From Eledone cirrhosa (Eukaryota): a stretch of 64,000 bases of DNA. The notes beneath the pieces are model-generated. The model saw nothing but the letters and a program-made list of their open reading frames with translations, searched no databases and was not told where the DNA came from. Both the position numbers and the translations under genes were made by a program. Positions 14,146-27,337 of the stretch are shown one piece after another (positions within the stretch are counted from its first letter, which is position 1; each line of letters starts with the position of its first letter). The stretch lies in contig OZ024740.1 of the NCBI GenBank assembly GCA_964016885.1, positions 391,220,001-391,284,000 of the forward strand, in the 5' to 3' direction.

Positions 14146-14459
14146 CCTCATATAGAGTTTCAAAACACGTCCGTAGGACGCGAGATAGAATCCCGAAAGG
14201 CGGAGGGGGAACTTATCACGTGATACAGCAGTCAAGAAAGAGAGCTAAGCCTCTTACAACCAAGAGAAAAATACTACCAAATAAATATTATATCTTTTTA
14301 TTTATATCTAATGTTTCTTCTTTCTTTATAATGTATTATATAGCTCTGATATTGAATCAATCTAATCCATTCAGATTATTTTGTCCCTATTATTCATAGA
14401 GCAGCAGCGGTTAAGGTTGGCACCACACAAATTCAGGGATATATGTGGGTATATGCATG

Positions 14460-14494
<35 letters not shown>

Positions 14495-14496
<2 letters not shown>

Positions 14497-14903
14497 GTAA
14501 TCTGAGTTTTTCGAATATTAATAATAACATTCGATTCCTTTGCAATTATGCAAACAAGCCTCAATTTTATAGCCATGCCAGTAGAATGAACCGTTCATTC
14601 TTGCTCTTGTGTTGGCATGCGAACAGAACTGCAGACACTAATGTTTCTGGGTATCACCCTTCATCAGTACATCTCATAGTTCACCTGCCAAACTGTCAGA
14701 CCTAGTAAAAATATATGCTATTTTCAAAAATACAGTGACTGTTCGACCTGATTTGCATATTAGTAGACTGACATTGGTGCCTGCAGTTCTGTTCGCATGC
14801 CAACACAAGAGCAAGAATGAAGGGTTCATTCTACTGACATGGCTATAAAATTGAGGCTTGTTTGCATAATTGCAAACTAATCGAATGTTGTTATTAATAT
14901 TCG
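14495..14903 (-). mobile_element. Fold-back islet with degenerate hammerhead core (14633-14674)
   Basis: Arms ~14510-14643 and 14770-14903; minus strand CTGATGA-AGGGT gat ACCC-A-GAAAC; stem I poor. Confidence 0.5.
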
Positions 14904-14914
14904 AGGGCGGCGAT

Positions 14915-15095
14915 TTGGCAGTATCGGTAGAGGGTTGGGCGTCATGCTTTCTAGCATATTTACGTCCTATTACAGTCTGAGTTCAAATCCCATCGAGGTT
15001 AACTTTGCCTTTCATCCTTACGGGGTCGATAAAATAAAGTACCAGTAATGTACTGGGTAATTGCTGGCCTTGTGCCAAAAGTAGAAACAATTATT
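14915..15095 (+). mobile_element. SINE family A
   Basis: Same core as the copy at 9872. Confidence 0.85.
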
Positions 15096-15168
15096 AATAT
15101 TCGAAAAACTCAGATTACATTTATTGTATTCAGTCATGTAGAGCGAAATTCTCTCTCTCTCTCTCACA

Positions 15169-15287
<119 letters not shown>

Positions 15288-15374
15288 AAAATTGAACGGG
15301 AACAAAACAGAGAGGCAGTACGAACAAAGGTTTATAAGTTTCACGCTCTTGAGAGTGAGGTGGTGGTGGGGAAC

Positions 15375-15402
15375 GACGTTTCGGGCATAAGCCCTTCTTC
15401 AG
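15375..15402 (-). ncRNA. Hammerhead-like core in PLE-A 3' UTR (no clear stem I)
   Basis: CTGAAGA-A-GGGC ttat GCCC-GAAACGTC. Confidence 0.5.
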
Positions 15403-15651
15403 TGTGTGGGAAGAGAGTTCCAAGGGTGTGTAGGGGAGTGGGGGAGATACATTTAGAAAAAAAGGGGTGAGAGGAAACGGTACAAATAAAAATAAATATA
15501 AAAGCATAATAAAAATAAAAATAAACATGAAGTAAAACAAGTGGTGGAAGGGTGTGGGGCGTGTAGGGGTGGCGGCGGGTGGAGTGGGGAGAGGGAGGCG
15601 GGGTGTCCGAGCGGGGAGGGCTGAAGGTGATGTGTGTGTGTAGGTGTACGC

Positions 15652-15684
<33 letters not shown>

Positions 15685-16892
15685 AATGTGAGAGTTGGGC
15701 GAAGAACGAGGTTGCATGTTCAGGAAAAGGTGTGTTTGGGGTGGGGTGTAGGTCGGTGTGTGCGTGCGTGTGTGGATGGGGAGGGGTCAGAGGAGTGGGG
15801 GAGGGGAGGAGAGGATTCCGGAGGCTGAGTGTGTAAATATGTGGTGGTACGCACGTGTGTGTGGTGTTTATACGTATTGTGGATGTTGGTGGCGTGTGGG
15901 AAAACATTTTTTTTTTAGTGTATGTCCGTGGGTGAGTTCCTAAGGTAATTCTGTAGAGGGTGTGGTGGGATGCCAGGTAATTTCCTTGTGATGGAGTTGA
16001 TTCGTGGGAGCGATGTCCAATGTGTGTAATCCGTGGTTGGGTTGGTCGGAAGAGGGGAGATGTGGGGTGCGCGCGCAACAGGCAGTGGTCAGAGGGTCAA
16101 GGCAGGAGGAGGATTGTGTGTCTGTATGTGTGGAGAGGTGGTCAGAGATTCAGGGCATAGCAGCAGTCGGGGAGAATGGCAGGTGGAGAAAGTCGGTGTG
16201 TCAGTGTGTGCGGAGGTGCGGTGGACAGGGGAGAGGGTGGGTAGGTGTGAAAGGTGGAGTGGAGAGGGGGTGTGTTTTAGTAGAGGTGTTAGTGGGATGT
16301 GTGTGTGTGTATGAGAAGGGGTGTGGGTGCAGCGGGGAGGGGAGGGGGAGGGGGAGAGAAAGGTGTGGGGGCCGGTGGAGGGAGTGTAGTGTACTGGTGT
16401 GAGTGTGGTGAAGGGGGTGTTAGTGGGTGTTAGTATACTGGTGGTGGGGAAAGGGTTGATGCGGGTGTTAGTGGGGGTCAGTGGTGGTAGGGTGTGTAGA
16501 GTGGGTGGTGTAAGTGGGTGTGTGTGTTCGTGTGCTTGGGGTTGGGGGGTGTTAGTGGTATTAGTTGTGGAGTGGTCGGAGTGGATGTATGGGTGTGAGG
16601 GTTAGTGGTGGTAGTAGGGTGTGTATATATGTACCGGTGGGTGTGTGCGTGATAAGGGGAGGGGGGGAGAAGAAAGGAGGGATGTTAGTATTGTTAGTTG
16701 GGGAAGGGTGGTCGGGTGTGGGTGGGGGTGTTAGTATTGTTAGTTGGGGAAGGGTGGTCGGGTGTGGGTGGGGGTGTTAGTATTGTTAGTTGTGGGGTGG
16801 GCGGTGAAATGGAGGGGTGTGTTAGTGGGGGATATGTGTGTGTGTGGAGGGGAACAGGGCGGTCGAAGGCTAAAGGAATAAGGGTGGGGAGT

Positions 16893-19040
16893 TCAGGCCG
16901 GTGGGAGTGTGGGTATGTAGGGTGAAGATGGTGCGTTGTTCGACCGTGAGGCGGGTGGCGGGTGTTCCGTGGCATTGGAGTAGGCCACAGACTGGTGCGT
17001 GGAATGTCCAGGGGCGCCAAAGTGGCGGGCGATGGGGGAACTACTGCCGAGACGAATATCTCGGAGGTGTTCAGTAAACCGGTCCGCCAGGCGACGTCCA
17101 GTCTGTCTGACGTAGGTTGCGCTGCACTCCGTGCAGCGAATTCCATAGACTAGGTTGGTGGAGGTGCAGCGGAAGGCATGCCGGACAGAGAGAGAGAGTG
17201 GCCGTTGGGACCCTGGAAGGTGGTGGTGTTGGTGATGTGGGGACAGGTGTTGCAACGAGGCCTGGAACAGGGAGGGGAACGGGGAGCGTGGGTTGGGGGT
17301 AGGGAGCTGCGGACGAGGAGGGTGCGGAGATTGCGTGCGCGTTTGAAGGAGGGGAGTGGTGGGGCTGGGAAGATGTGGGAGGTGGAGGGTCGGACTGGAG
17401 GCGGAGGAAGAGGCGGAGGATGGTGCGGTGGAGGGGGTAGGGTGGAGGGTGGTAGGTGATGGAGAAGGGGAGACGGTGGGTGGGTGTGCGGTGGCGTGGG
17501 TGGGGGGGTGGGGGGGGGGGACAGCACGGGCGCGGGTGAGAGTGGTGTGGACGAGAGGGGGGGGGGGGGGGTAACCTCTGCGGATGAAATGGCTGACTAG
17601 GGAAAGGGCCTGGGACTCAAAGTCAGCATCTCGGCTACAGAGGCGGCGGATCCTGAGGAGTTGGGAGTAGGGAATAGAGTGTTTAGTGTGTGTGTGAGGT
17701 GGGAAGAGGTGAAGTCGAGGTAGGAGTGGGAGTCGGTGGGTTTGAAGAAGGCGGAGGTGACGAGGGAGTGGTGGGAGGGGTCGAAGGCGACGGAGATGTC
17801 TAAGAAGTGGACATGAGTGGTGGAGATAGAGGTGGTGAAGTGGAGGGAGGGGTGGAAGGAGCAGAAGAAGGAGAGAAAGGAGTCGAGCTGTTCTCGGGTG
17901 AGGGTCGTGGCTCCGATACAGTCGTCGATGTAACGACCGTACAGTTCGGGCGTGGGGCCGGTGTACTGGGCATAGATTTGGGCCTCAACATGGCCAACAA
18001 AAAGGTTGGCATAGTTTGGGCCCATTCTTGTGCCCATGGCTACCTCCGTGACCTGTTGGTAAAACTCACCCGAGAAGGAGAAACAGTTGAGGGTGAGGAC
18101 CAGCTCGGCAAGGCGAAGGAGGGTGGGGGTGGAGGGGATGGGGGAGGGGCGAAGGTCGAGGTAGTGCTTGAAGGCACGTAGGCCGTCGGCGTGGGGGATG
18201 ACTGTATAGAGCGACTTGATATCTAGGGTGAAGAGGAAGAGTTGTGGGCCGGGTGGGAAGGTGAAGGAGTCGAATAGGCGAAGGGCGTGGTTGGTGTCGG
18301 ACATGTGGGGCGGGGGGGTGACGAGGGGGGCGAGGATGGAGTCAAGAAAGGCGGAGATGAGTTCGGTGGGGCAGTTGCAAGCGGAGACGATGGGGCGGCC
18401 GGGGTTGTCGGGTTTGTGGAGTTTGGGGAGGAAGTAGATAGTGGGGGTGCGGACGATGAGGTGGGAAGCGGTGGGGGGAGAAGGGAGGAGGAGACAAGGT
18501 GTTGGATGGTGGAGGAAACTTGTTCTTGGTAGAGGGGTGTGGGATCGGAGGGTAGAGCTTCAGCCGTGTAGAGGTCAGCGCGCCACACCACCACGGCGCC
18601 TCCCTTGTCCGCCAGTTTGATGACGATGTCATCTCGGCTACGGAGGGAGCGGAGAGCGAGGAGTTCGCCCCCTGAGATGTTATTCCGTTGGGACCGGTGG
18701 CGGAAGTCGAAGCGATTAACTGCGCTACGGCTGGCATCGACGAACGCGTCCAGGGTGCTAAATTGCACTAGGGCCGGCGTCCAAGACGATGGTCGTCGGC
18801 CCAGGGTGAGAAACGGGTCTAGGGCGTTCGGAGCCGGTGGCGTTTGACCGAAATGTGCCTGTAGCTTCGTGCGTCGCACGAATCGCTCGACTTCCGTTCG
18901 GGTGCAGAACTTGTCGCTGTGCGGAGTGTGGGTTATGAAGCGAAGGCCTCTACTGGGGAGTGAGCGGTCAGGTGCGGAGAGGGGAGGTCAGGGGGTATGG
19001 TGACAACAAGTGGTGGGTTTGGGTGTATGAGGGAGGAGGG
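16893..19040 (-). pseudogene. Disrupted RT-GIY-YIG ORF of PLE family A
   Basis: Domains split over ORFs 18223-18879, 17597-18304, 17150-17527 and 16893-17255. Confidence 0.88.
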
Positions 19041-19264
19041 GAGGGTGTGGTGAGGGGTGAGATGGAGGGTGGAGATTGGGTAGGGGTGTGGGGTGAGGGA
19101 GGGGTGGAGAGTGGTGTGGTGGGGTGGGATGGGTGTGGTGGTGGATTGGGGTGGTCGGGAGGAGTAAATGTAGCTTACGGGCTTTGGTGGAGGTGAGGAA
19201 GGAGAAGAGGTCGTGGTTGAGGTTTTGGATGAAGAGGAGGATGGCGTGGGCGGTACAAATGAAA

Positions 19265-19301
<37 letters not shown>

Positions 19302-19305
<4 letters not shown>

Positions 19306-19690
19306 AAAACAGTCAAGACTCCGACGGCAGAGCTCAAGCCGTTTCGACGGCTATTTCTGGACTATTTCGACGGCTATTTCTACTACCCAAAGTATCGAGT
19401 GTAGCTGTATACAGATATATATTAGAATTTCGTGTTTCTAAAGAAATACCGTATGTTTACAAATAAACATTTAGAAAGCCGTAGCTATGCAAAAAACACC
19501 GGAGGCTATTGCCACCTGGCGGTGTCCAGCAGAAGCAAGGGAGACAATCGTCGATGCATTTCGAACTGAATTGGTTCTCATCAGGACAATCCCTCCCGCT
19601 CTTGCAACTGCTGGACTTGAAAACAGGCGAGAATATATAGTTTTCTCGTCTGTGTAAATGAGGTGATTAATCTCATAATAGAATAGAATT
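19302..19690 (-). mobile_element. Short non-coding hammerhead-bearing element
   Basis: Shares sequence with 13245-13378 (there a fold-back) and 63835-64000; abuts (TA)n. Confidence 0.65.
19547..19590 (-). ncRNA. Intact minimal type I hammerhead ribozyme
   Basis: ATTGTC-CTGATGA-GAAC caattca GTTC-GAAA-TGCA-TC-GACGAT; canonical core, palindromic ATGCAT stem III; stem I extends with bulges over 19524-19616; predicted cut between 19553 and 19552. Confidence 0.88.
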
Positions 19691-19724
19691 AGGATTTAGC
19701 TTCGCACATAACTGTATACAGTTG

Positions 19725-19797
19725 TATGCGCGCTGCCGGGAATCGAACTCACGACCTTACGATTGGGAGCCGAATACCCTAACCACGCACTTTCACA
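19725..19797 (-). mobile_element. tRNA-derived SINE head (truncated)
   Basis: Minus strand gtggttagggtattcggctc...GAGTTCGATTCCCGG B-box. Confidence 0.6.
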
Positions 19798-20358
19798 AAC
19801 ACAAACACGCAAACATATATGTATACAAACGCACACACACATGCATATACGCACACGCACACACATATACAAGCACACAGACACACACATATACACATAT
19901 AAATACACACATATACAAGCACACAGACACACACATATACACATATAAACACACACACACACATATGTATATATAAACACACACACATATATATATAAAT
20001 ACACACACACACAGAGACACACATATATATAAACACACACAAATATATGTTTCTTTGTTTTTGTTTTAATTTAGCTATCTCCAGTCTATTTTCTACCCCC
20101 TTTATGGTTCGCTGCAACTTATTTATTTATTTATTTATTTACTCTGACCCTATTTATTATTCCATTACCAGAAACGTCCAGCCCGTTCTGAACGTGCTAG
20201 ACGTTTCTGTAAGGATCGTCTGGTTTCTTGAAACCTTTCGCAATGGAATAATTCTACTGTGTTGTTTATTATGTAAATATATAGCTCTGTACTACACATA
20301 GAGCACTCTTCTTTCCTTTACCTTTTCTACGGAAATACTTAACACACACACACACACA

Positions 20359-20389
<31 letters not shown>

Positions 20390-20395
<6 letters not shown>

Positions 20396-20640
20396 ATACT
20401 TTGGGAGGGTCATGTTGCCAATAAGAAACACACGCACCAGTTGCTTTCACTTCAATTTATTATAATAAATTTATAAATTTAGGAATTTATAAATTTCCGG
20501 TTGGTTGGTTGGTTCCACAACCAGATGATTGTTTTTATATTGTCAAAGTTCTTTCGTCACGCATTCTGTGACCTCTTCAGTGACTGGGGATTCTTTTCTT
20601 TGTTTTTGTGCCTCTCTTTTGTTCTGTCCTACGCCATCTT

Positions 20641-20645
<5 letters not shown>
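20390..20645 (-). mobile_element. 5'-truncated 3' end (pseudo-LTR) of PLE family B in (TA)n
   Basis: Reverse complement closely matches 62620-62888. Confidence 0.88.
20542..20584 (-). ncRNA. Minimal hammerhead ribozyme (PLE-B type)
   Basis: GTCA-CTGAAGA-G-GTCAC..GTGAC-GAAA-GAAC-TT-TGAC. Confidence 0.7.
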
Positions 20646-20736
<91 letters not shown>

Positions 20737-20769
20737 AGAATATAAAAGAAAAATGAACACAGATATATA

Positions 20770-21407
20770 CATATATGGGTTCAAATCGTAAGGGACCAGA
20801 TTCGATAAGGTGAAAAGAATACTAACTATAGACAATTAGGTTTGCTTGTCTCAATTTAAGAAAAAATCAAGAAAATAAATACAAACCGGAATTGTGATAA
20901 CTACCAATCACCCAGACGGTTTGTATTTATTTTCTTGATTTTTTTCTTAAATTGAGACAAGCAAATCCAATTGTCTATAGTTAGTATTCTTTTCACCTTA
21001 GCGAATCTGGTCCCTTACGATTTGAACACATATATGTAAGACATGAAAAATGCGCAAGCTCAAAAGAGCCACAGAATGTTATAATAAACCTTCAAAAGTG
21101 TGGGACTAGAGTTGTTACTAAAAAATATTGTAATCATTATCTATCGTACATTCTGTGGCATCCTTTATAAAAATATCACAATGAATACATCTATGTTTAA
21201 TAATATTACGTAATTATTTATAGCTGTTATTACATTAAACATAGATGTATTTATTGTGATATTTTTATAAAGGATGCCACAGAATGTACGATAGATAATG
21301 ATTACAATATTTTTTAGTAACAACTCTAGTCCCACACTTTTGAAGGTTTATTATAACATTCTGTGGCTCTTTTGAGCTTGCGCATTTTTCATGTCTCACA
21401 TATATGT
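20770..21407. repeat. Two consecutive long fold-backs
   Basis: Arms 20770-20888/20917-21036 and ~21028-21200/21234-21407, near-identical, with ~30-nt loops. Confidence 0.9.
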
Positions 21408-21954
21408 TTTTAAGGCAACACTTGTAATAACTCTAGTTAAACATGATATATATTAATAATAAATTATCGTTGTAATGTAATTAGATTATATAATTGTTAT
21501 TATAAATGATTTTATAAATATTAGTGTAAGATGTATAAAAATATTTTCAGACTTTTAATATAAACAACAACAAAAAACAATCAATATTAAATCAATACAT
21601 AATAGAAAACATAAAATAAATAAACAATATAAAAATAAAATATTTACATATAATTGCAATTATCAGTCTATATACATTTTCTTTATTCCCTGAGCAAATT
21701 AATGAGATTTGTTCTTATTGCACATAATTTGATGACTTTTTGGAGTGTATTAAAAGATAACAACAATTTGTGATTAAATTGTTATCTTAAGCAACACTCT
21801 TTTTAATAGTTGTTGGCTGAGCGAAATTGGAAAAGCCTATGAGCAAATATTTTAAAAAATACACAAACTACATTTCCCTGTATTGTTGCAACATTAGATA
21901 AAATAATTGAGCAATGTCGTGAGATTTTGCTCTTATTGCACATTAATAGTGCTT

Positions 21955-22115
21955 CTATTTTTCGGCACCAAGCCATTACCGCAGTCCATTACTGGTACTT
22001 TATTTTATCGAACTGGTAAGGATGAAAGGCAAAGTTAACCTCGGCGGGATTTGAACTTAGAACGCAAGGGCCATAACAATGCTGCAAAGCATGGTGTCTG
22101 ACGCTCTACCAATAC
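21955..22115 (-). mobile_element. SINE family A (partial duplicate at 22262-22313)
   Basis: Reverse-complement core. Confidence 0.8.
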
Positions 22116-22558
22116 TTGTGTTGAGCTGGTCACTAATTTGTGGTGGTCGTGCGTGGAGTAGAACAACAAACGCTAGTCGAAATAGTATGAACAAAACATT
22201 TTTATTTGTCGAAGAACATATTTTCAATACTGTTTGTGAATGGGCATCTACTTATAGTGACTGTATTACTGGTACTTTATTTTATCGACCCCGTAAGGAT
22301 GAAAGGCAAAGTTAATACTGACAATAATGCAAATGTGTAATAGTGAAAATTTGCGCCTTTTCAATAATTTATCATATGCTCACGTTGCATTAATGGGAAA
22401 TAACTCGTCTCTCAACTGTATTTATACATTTTAACTGAAACATCAATATTATACATTCGATTTGAAATTTTTTTTGACCGATCTCTCCGCTGGAGCTTAA
22501 TGTATAAGTTTAGATGTGTGGCGACCGTTTTAGTAGAGAGACAGACAGACAACCTCAG

Positions 22559-22615
<57 letters not shown>

Positions 22616-23283
22616 CATATCAAAGATTTTTAAACGCGTGTGACACAAATTTTTACAATGTTTTTGGAACAATTATTTTTACAAATATTTACAAACAAAG
22701 TGCAGTTTGTATTACAATCGGAACTCTGCCTATATTCGATTGCAATATATAAAGAGGAACAAGATACAAAGATATATTTCTTTATTTGGCACAAGGGCGC
22801 ACAAAAATGGGACATTACAGAACATGAATATACGCTATTTTGAAGTGTTTAAACATTTTTTACAAACAAAAATTTAGAATCATTTTGTACAAACGATAAA
22901 TTTAAAAATATTTGTACAAACTTTTACGATAGACTTTCATCTTATCTATTGACCGCCTAACCCTAACCCTAACGTCAATATATTACATTTGTTTTAAAAA
23001 TAGTTAATATAAATTTTAAAAAATCATATAACGACGAAATAACAAAAATAAATGAACTAGGAAAACAAACAAAAAAACATGGCGGATGCTTTTGAGCAAC
23101 TCTTACTCTGATTGGTTGAAAATTAGCCAATGGCATGTATTCACCACGGCCACGGCCAGACCTTGAAAAAAAAATTGACGATCTACACATATATGTTAGA
23201 ACACTAAACTGACTAAAACATTCTGTTGTTAGTCACTTCGTGTTTAACAGATATATCTGTGTTCGTTTTTCTTTTATATTCTA

Positions 23284-24797
23284 CTAGCAGTAAAGCCCGG
23301 CGTTGCTCGGGGTCGCTCAGTAGCTGTGTTAAAGTTACAATGTTAAGTTTCTTTTTTGGCTTAAAAACTGTAGTGTCTACTGTGCAGACTTGCATGTGGT
23401 GTTTTTGATTAATATTCCCTCAACCAACAATATGCCTTATGAAGTTAAGAAAACATAACGATAACCCGAATGTTATAACAAAAGAGGATGCTGGGGATAA
23501 AAACTGCACTGGTTATTTATTAACAAAGATCGAAAATGTAAACACTGCAACGCAGAGAAAAACATTAGCGTAACCAAATTATCAGTTATGTCTGTCTGCA
23601 CGCCTATATCACCTCTCTGCACGACTGTCTGTCTGCACGCCTATATCACCTCTCTGCACGACTGTCTGTCTGCACGCCTATATCAACTCTCTGCACGACT
23701 GTCTGTCTGCACGCCTATATCACCTCTCTGCACGACTGTCTGTCTGCACGCCTATATCACCTCTCTGCACGACTATCTGTCTGCACGCCTATATCACCTC
23801 TCTGCACGACTGTCTGTCTGCACGACTGTCTGTCTGCACGCCTAACGAAATTTACAGATACATATATTTTAAATAAACTTATATAATTTTTGCTTTTTTT
23901 TACGAAATATTTGCTTGTTTTACGTAGTCTTTAAATAGACTTGTTTTCAAGTAAAAATATTGTTTTAAAAGGCTTTTAATTTTGATTAATATTCCCTCAA
24001 CCAACAATATGCCTTATGAAGTTAAGAAAACATAACGATAACCCGAATGTTATAACAAAAGAGGATGCTGGGGATAGAAACTGCACTGGTTATTTATTAA
24101 CAAAGATCGAAAATGTAAACACTGCAACGCAGAGAAAAACATTAGCGTAACCAAATTATCAGTTATGTCTGTCTGCACGCCTATATCACCTCTCTGCACG
24201 ACTGTCTGTCTGCACGCCTATATCACCTCTCTGCACGACTGTCTGTCTGCACGCCTATATGACCTCTCTGCACGACTGTCTGTCTGCACGCGTATATCAC
24301 CTCTCTGCACGACTGTCTGTCTGCACGCCTAACGACGAAATATTTGCTTGTTTTACGTAGTCTTTAAATAGACTTGTTTTCAAGTAAAAATATTGTTTTA
24401 AAATGCTTTTAAATGGAAATGAAGCAAAACGGAAGCTTAGTGTTCGAACTGATGAATTTTGCAGGTCAATATTTTGCTGGCTCGACAACTGTTCGTTCGT
24501 GTATTGTGTTAATGTCATTTTAAACGCTGAGAAAGCCAGCGTAATTTTTTACGTAAGACGCTCAATGTAAACAGAACAAAGGGAAATAACTGATAACTTA
24601 CGCTCAAAAATCGATACATTATATTCGATTTCGTCACATAGGGTGGGTCAATTTGAAATTATTTTTTTTCCGATGTCTTCGCTAGGGCTCAATGTACAAG
24701 TATAGCAATTTCGGTGCAATTCCGTGAGAGATTCTAAGAGGAGATGTGTGCCAAAAATCGATAGACAGACAGACAACCACAGTTATATATATATAGA
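23284..24797 (-). mobile_element. Non-autonomous Helitron with internal ~37-bp minisatellite and a large internal duplication
   Basis: A|TC start, CCCGAGCAACGCCGGG hairpin plus CTAG|T end; no TSD; ~23405-23845 repeated at ~23980-24330. Confidence 0.82.
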
Positions 24798-24884
24798 TTA
24801 TAATATACGGCTCGGAAATATCTCTTTCTTAGAGCTATATTGTTGTAAGAGACTATTTTGAATTCCTAACTCAATATATACCTT

Positions 24885-25015
<131 letters not shown>

Positions 25016-25364
25016 GTGCATATATATATACACCTCTTGGTTCTCAAGATCCAGCCAGCGAGTCGTATGCACATTGTCGCCACCCTCATAATGAGTGAAG
25101 AAAAATATTTATCTATTATCTATCCATCTATCTATCTATCTATCTATTTATCTATATCTATATCTATATCTATATCTATACACGCACACACGCACACACA
25201 CACATATATATATAATAAGGAGTTGACGGACCCACCATATTTATCAATGCTAGAACCGGTTGTATCTCAGCATACTCCATGGGCAATGTAAGATACATTC
25301 CCAGAGTATACACATAGTTATAAGCTTCAATGCAACACACGTAAAACGGGTGCCTATAGTAGTT

Positions 25365-25475
25365 CCAGGACTCGAGTTTCGGCCACACTTAATGCAGCAG
25401 TAGGGTGCACTGCACCATCCGTCTGCTTATATTATGCAACAATGCACAATCGGCTTATGCGGCTTCATCAGCGGG
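25365..25475 (-). ncRNA. Hammerhead motif with long stem II insert (partly decayed)
   Basis: CCCG-CTGATGA-AGCCGCAT..~70 nt..GTGTGGCC-GAAA-CTCGAG-TC-CTGG; palindromic stem III; one mismatch each in stem I and at 10.1-11.1. Confidence 0.6.
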
Positions 25476-25574
25476 TATCGCCTAATCAATAACCAATCAA
25501 TCGACAGAATCCAAACCCCATATATATATATGTATATATGTATGTATGTGTGTATATATATATATTATAATTGT

Positions 25575-25710
25575 TTCTACTTTTTGACACAAGGCCAGCA
25601 ATTACCCAGTGCATTACTGGTACTTTATTTTATCGACCCCGTAAGGATGAAAGGCAAAGTTAACCTCGGTGGGATTCGAACTCAGAATGGCAAGGGCCGT
25701 AACTCTATGC
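25575..25710 (-). mobile_element. SINE family A
   Basis: Reverse-complement core. Confidence 0.8.
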
Positions 25711-25779
25711 GTCAAATTATATATATATTATAATAAATTAATATACACACACACACACACATATATATATGTGTGTGTG

Positions 25780-26544
25780 TGCATGACTGTCCATAGATCC
25801 CAAATTAAAATACGGGAATACAGGAAAATACCACTGAGTGAACACATTGATACCTGTGCCGCCCAAAATCATCCTAACTTCAGAATCTTTCCCCTCTACA
25901 AATTTAAAGATAATGCCACCTACACCCAGCGCATCAGCAAGGAATCTCACTTTATTAATAAATACGGACCCCGTCTAAACACTTCTCCCTAAGACGAACC
26001 CACAACATACACACGTCAACATACATACCTACATCAGCATACATCCTACATACATCTCTATCCACATATAAATTCAATGACATACGTAAACACACATGTT
26101 CTATGGTGCAACACAAATATACACAAATTTGCATACCTTTTTATGTCTATAGATATAAACGTGCCGACACACACACATACATATACGCACACATGCATTG
26201 CACACTGATGGGCACATACATATTTGTACACAAGTATTCCAATACGGCAGGGCCTAATGGATTCCCCTTGCAGTACGTACAATCTGGACACACTCACATA
26301 CACCTTGGTGTTATGACAATACTATATATCATTTCACACCTTTTATTATTAAGGTGTTTGATGTTCTATTGAGAGAATCGATTTTACTGAAAATATCGAA
26401 TAATGTACACCATCTTTACCAGTATCACAAAAATACTGGTCCACCCACACACACACACATACACACATATACACACACACACATATACACACACACACAT
26501 ATATACACACACACATACACACGCGTACACTAACATACAAAGAG

Positions 26545-26586
<42 letters not shown>

Positions 26587-26694
26587 CTCCGTATAAGACA
26601 ATAGCTGAAAAATATTTTTTAACATGTTAAAATATCCCCCACACACGGACAGACACATCCCTACTGACCGATCCCTCTACCACGAATTACTCTG

Positions 26695-26781
<87 letters not shown>

Positions 26782-27291
26782 TCTTAATAGGCACCTGCAT
26801 GACTGCAATTCACACACACATCCCTACTGACCATTATCACAACAATGAACCTCTTTACTACTACACACATACACACACACACATATTTGTTATTGAAAGA
26901 CTTATTTTTCAGTGACTTCTCAATCAGCCGAGACAAACCTACATTTGGCGCAAAATCAATTTTTAACATTCACATGACCTCTAAAGACCAATCAAAATTG
27001 TTTTGACCACAAGAATTTTTGCAACACGAATTGGCGCGAAACTTATTTTAATACATCTGGAGCCACTTTTTTCACATAAAACAGGTAGAATTTCCAAAAC
27101 TAATCAGATTAGAGCAAACATCACGGGCGTTCTATCTCAAAATTATTTTTGAAAAACATTAGAAATGCGCAACCGGTAAAACTTAAAACCCAAACTGAAT
27201 ACTAACCAATACTTATTACTCATTTTTACTTATTCCTAATTAAACTATTTTTCACTGGGAACAATTTGTCAGCATTTTCTTTTCCTTTTAT

Positions 27292-27337
<46 letters not shown>

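Larger units (their letters stand above)
13400..14467 (-). mobile_element. Non-coding PLE-type/retrozyme-like element: partial tandem repeat (period 590 bp) with inverted tail
   Basis: 13400-13683 repeated at 13990-14273; 13850-14033 inverted at 14285-14467; (TA)n on both sides; one hammerhead per repeat. Confidence 0.8.

Noticed and set aside
19725-19797. tRNA gene
   Set aside because: No complete cloverleaf; matches the SINE heads elsewhere in the window
22956-22973. CCTAACCCTAACCCTAAC telomere-like repeat
   Set aside because: Only about three units; no support for a telomere or healing event
23588-24330. CRISPR-like array
   Set aside because: Head-to-tail minisatellite without unique spacers, in eukaryotic DNA, with no cas genes
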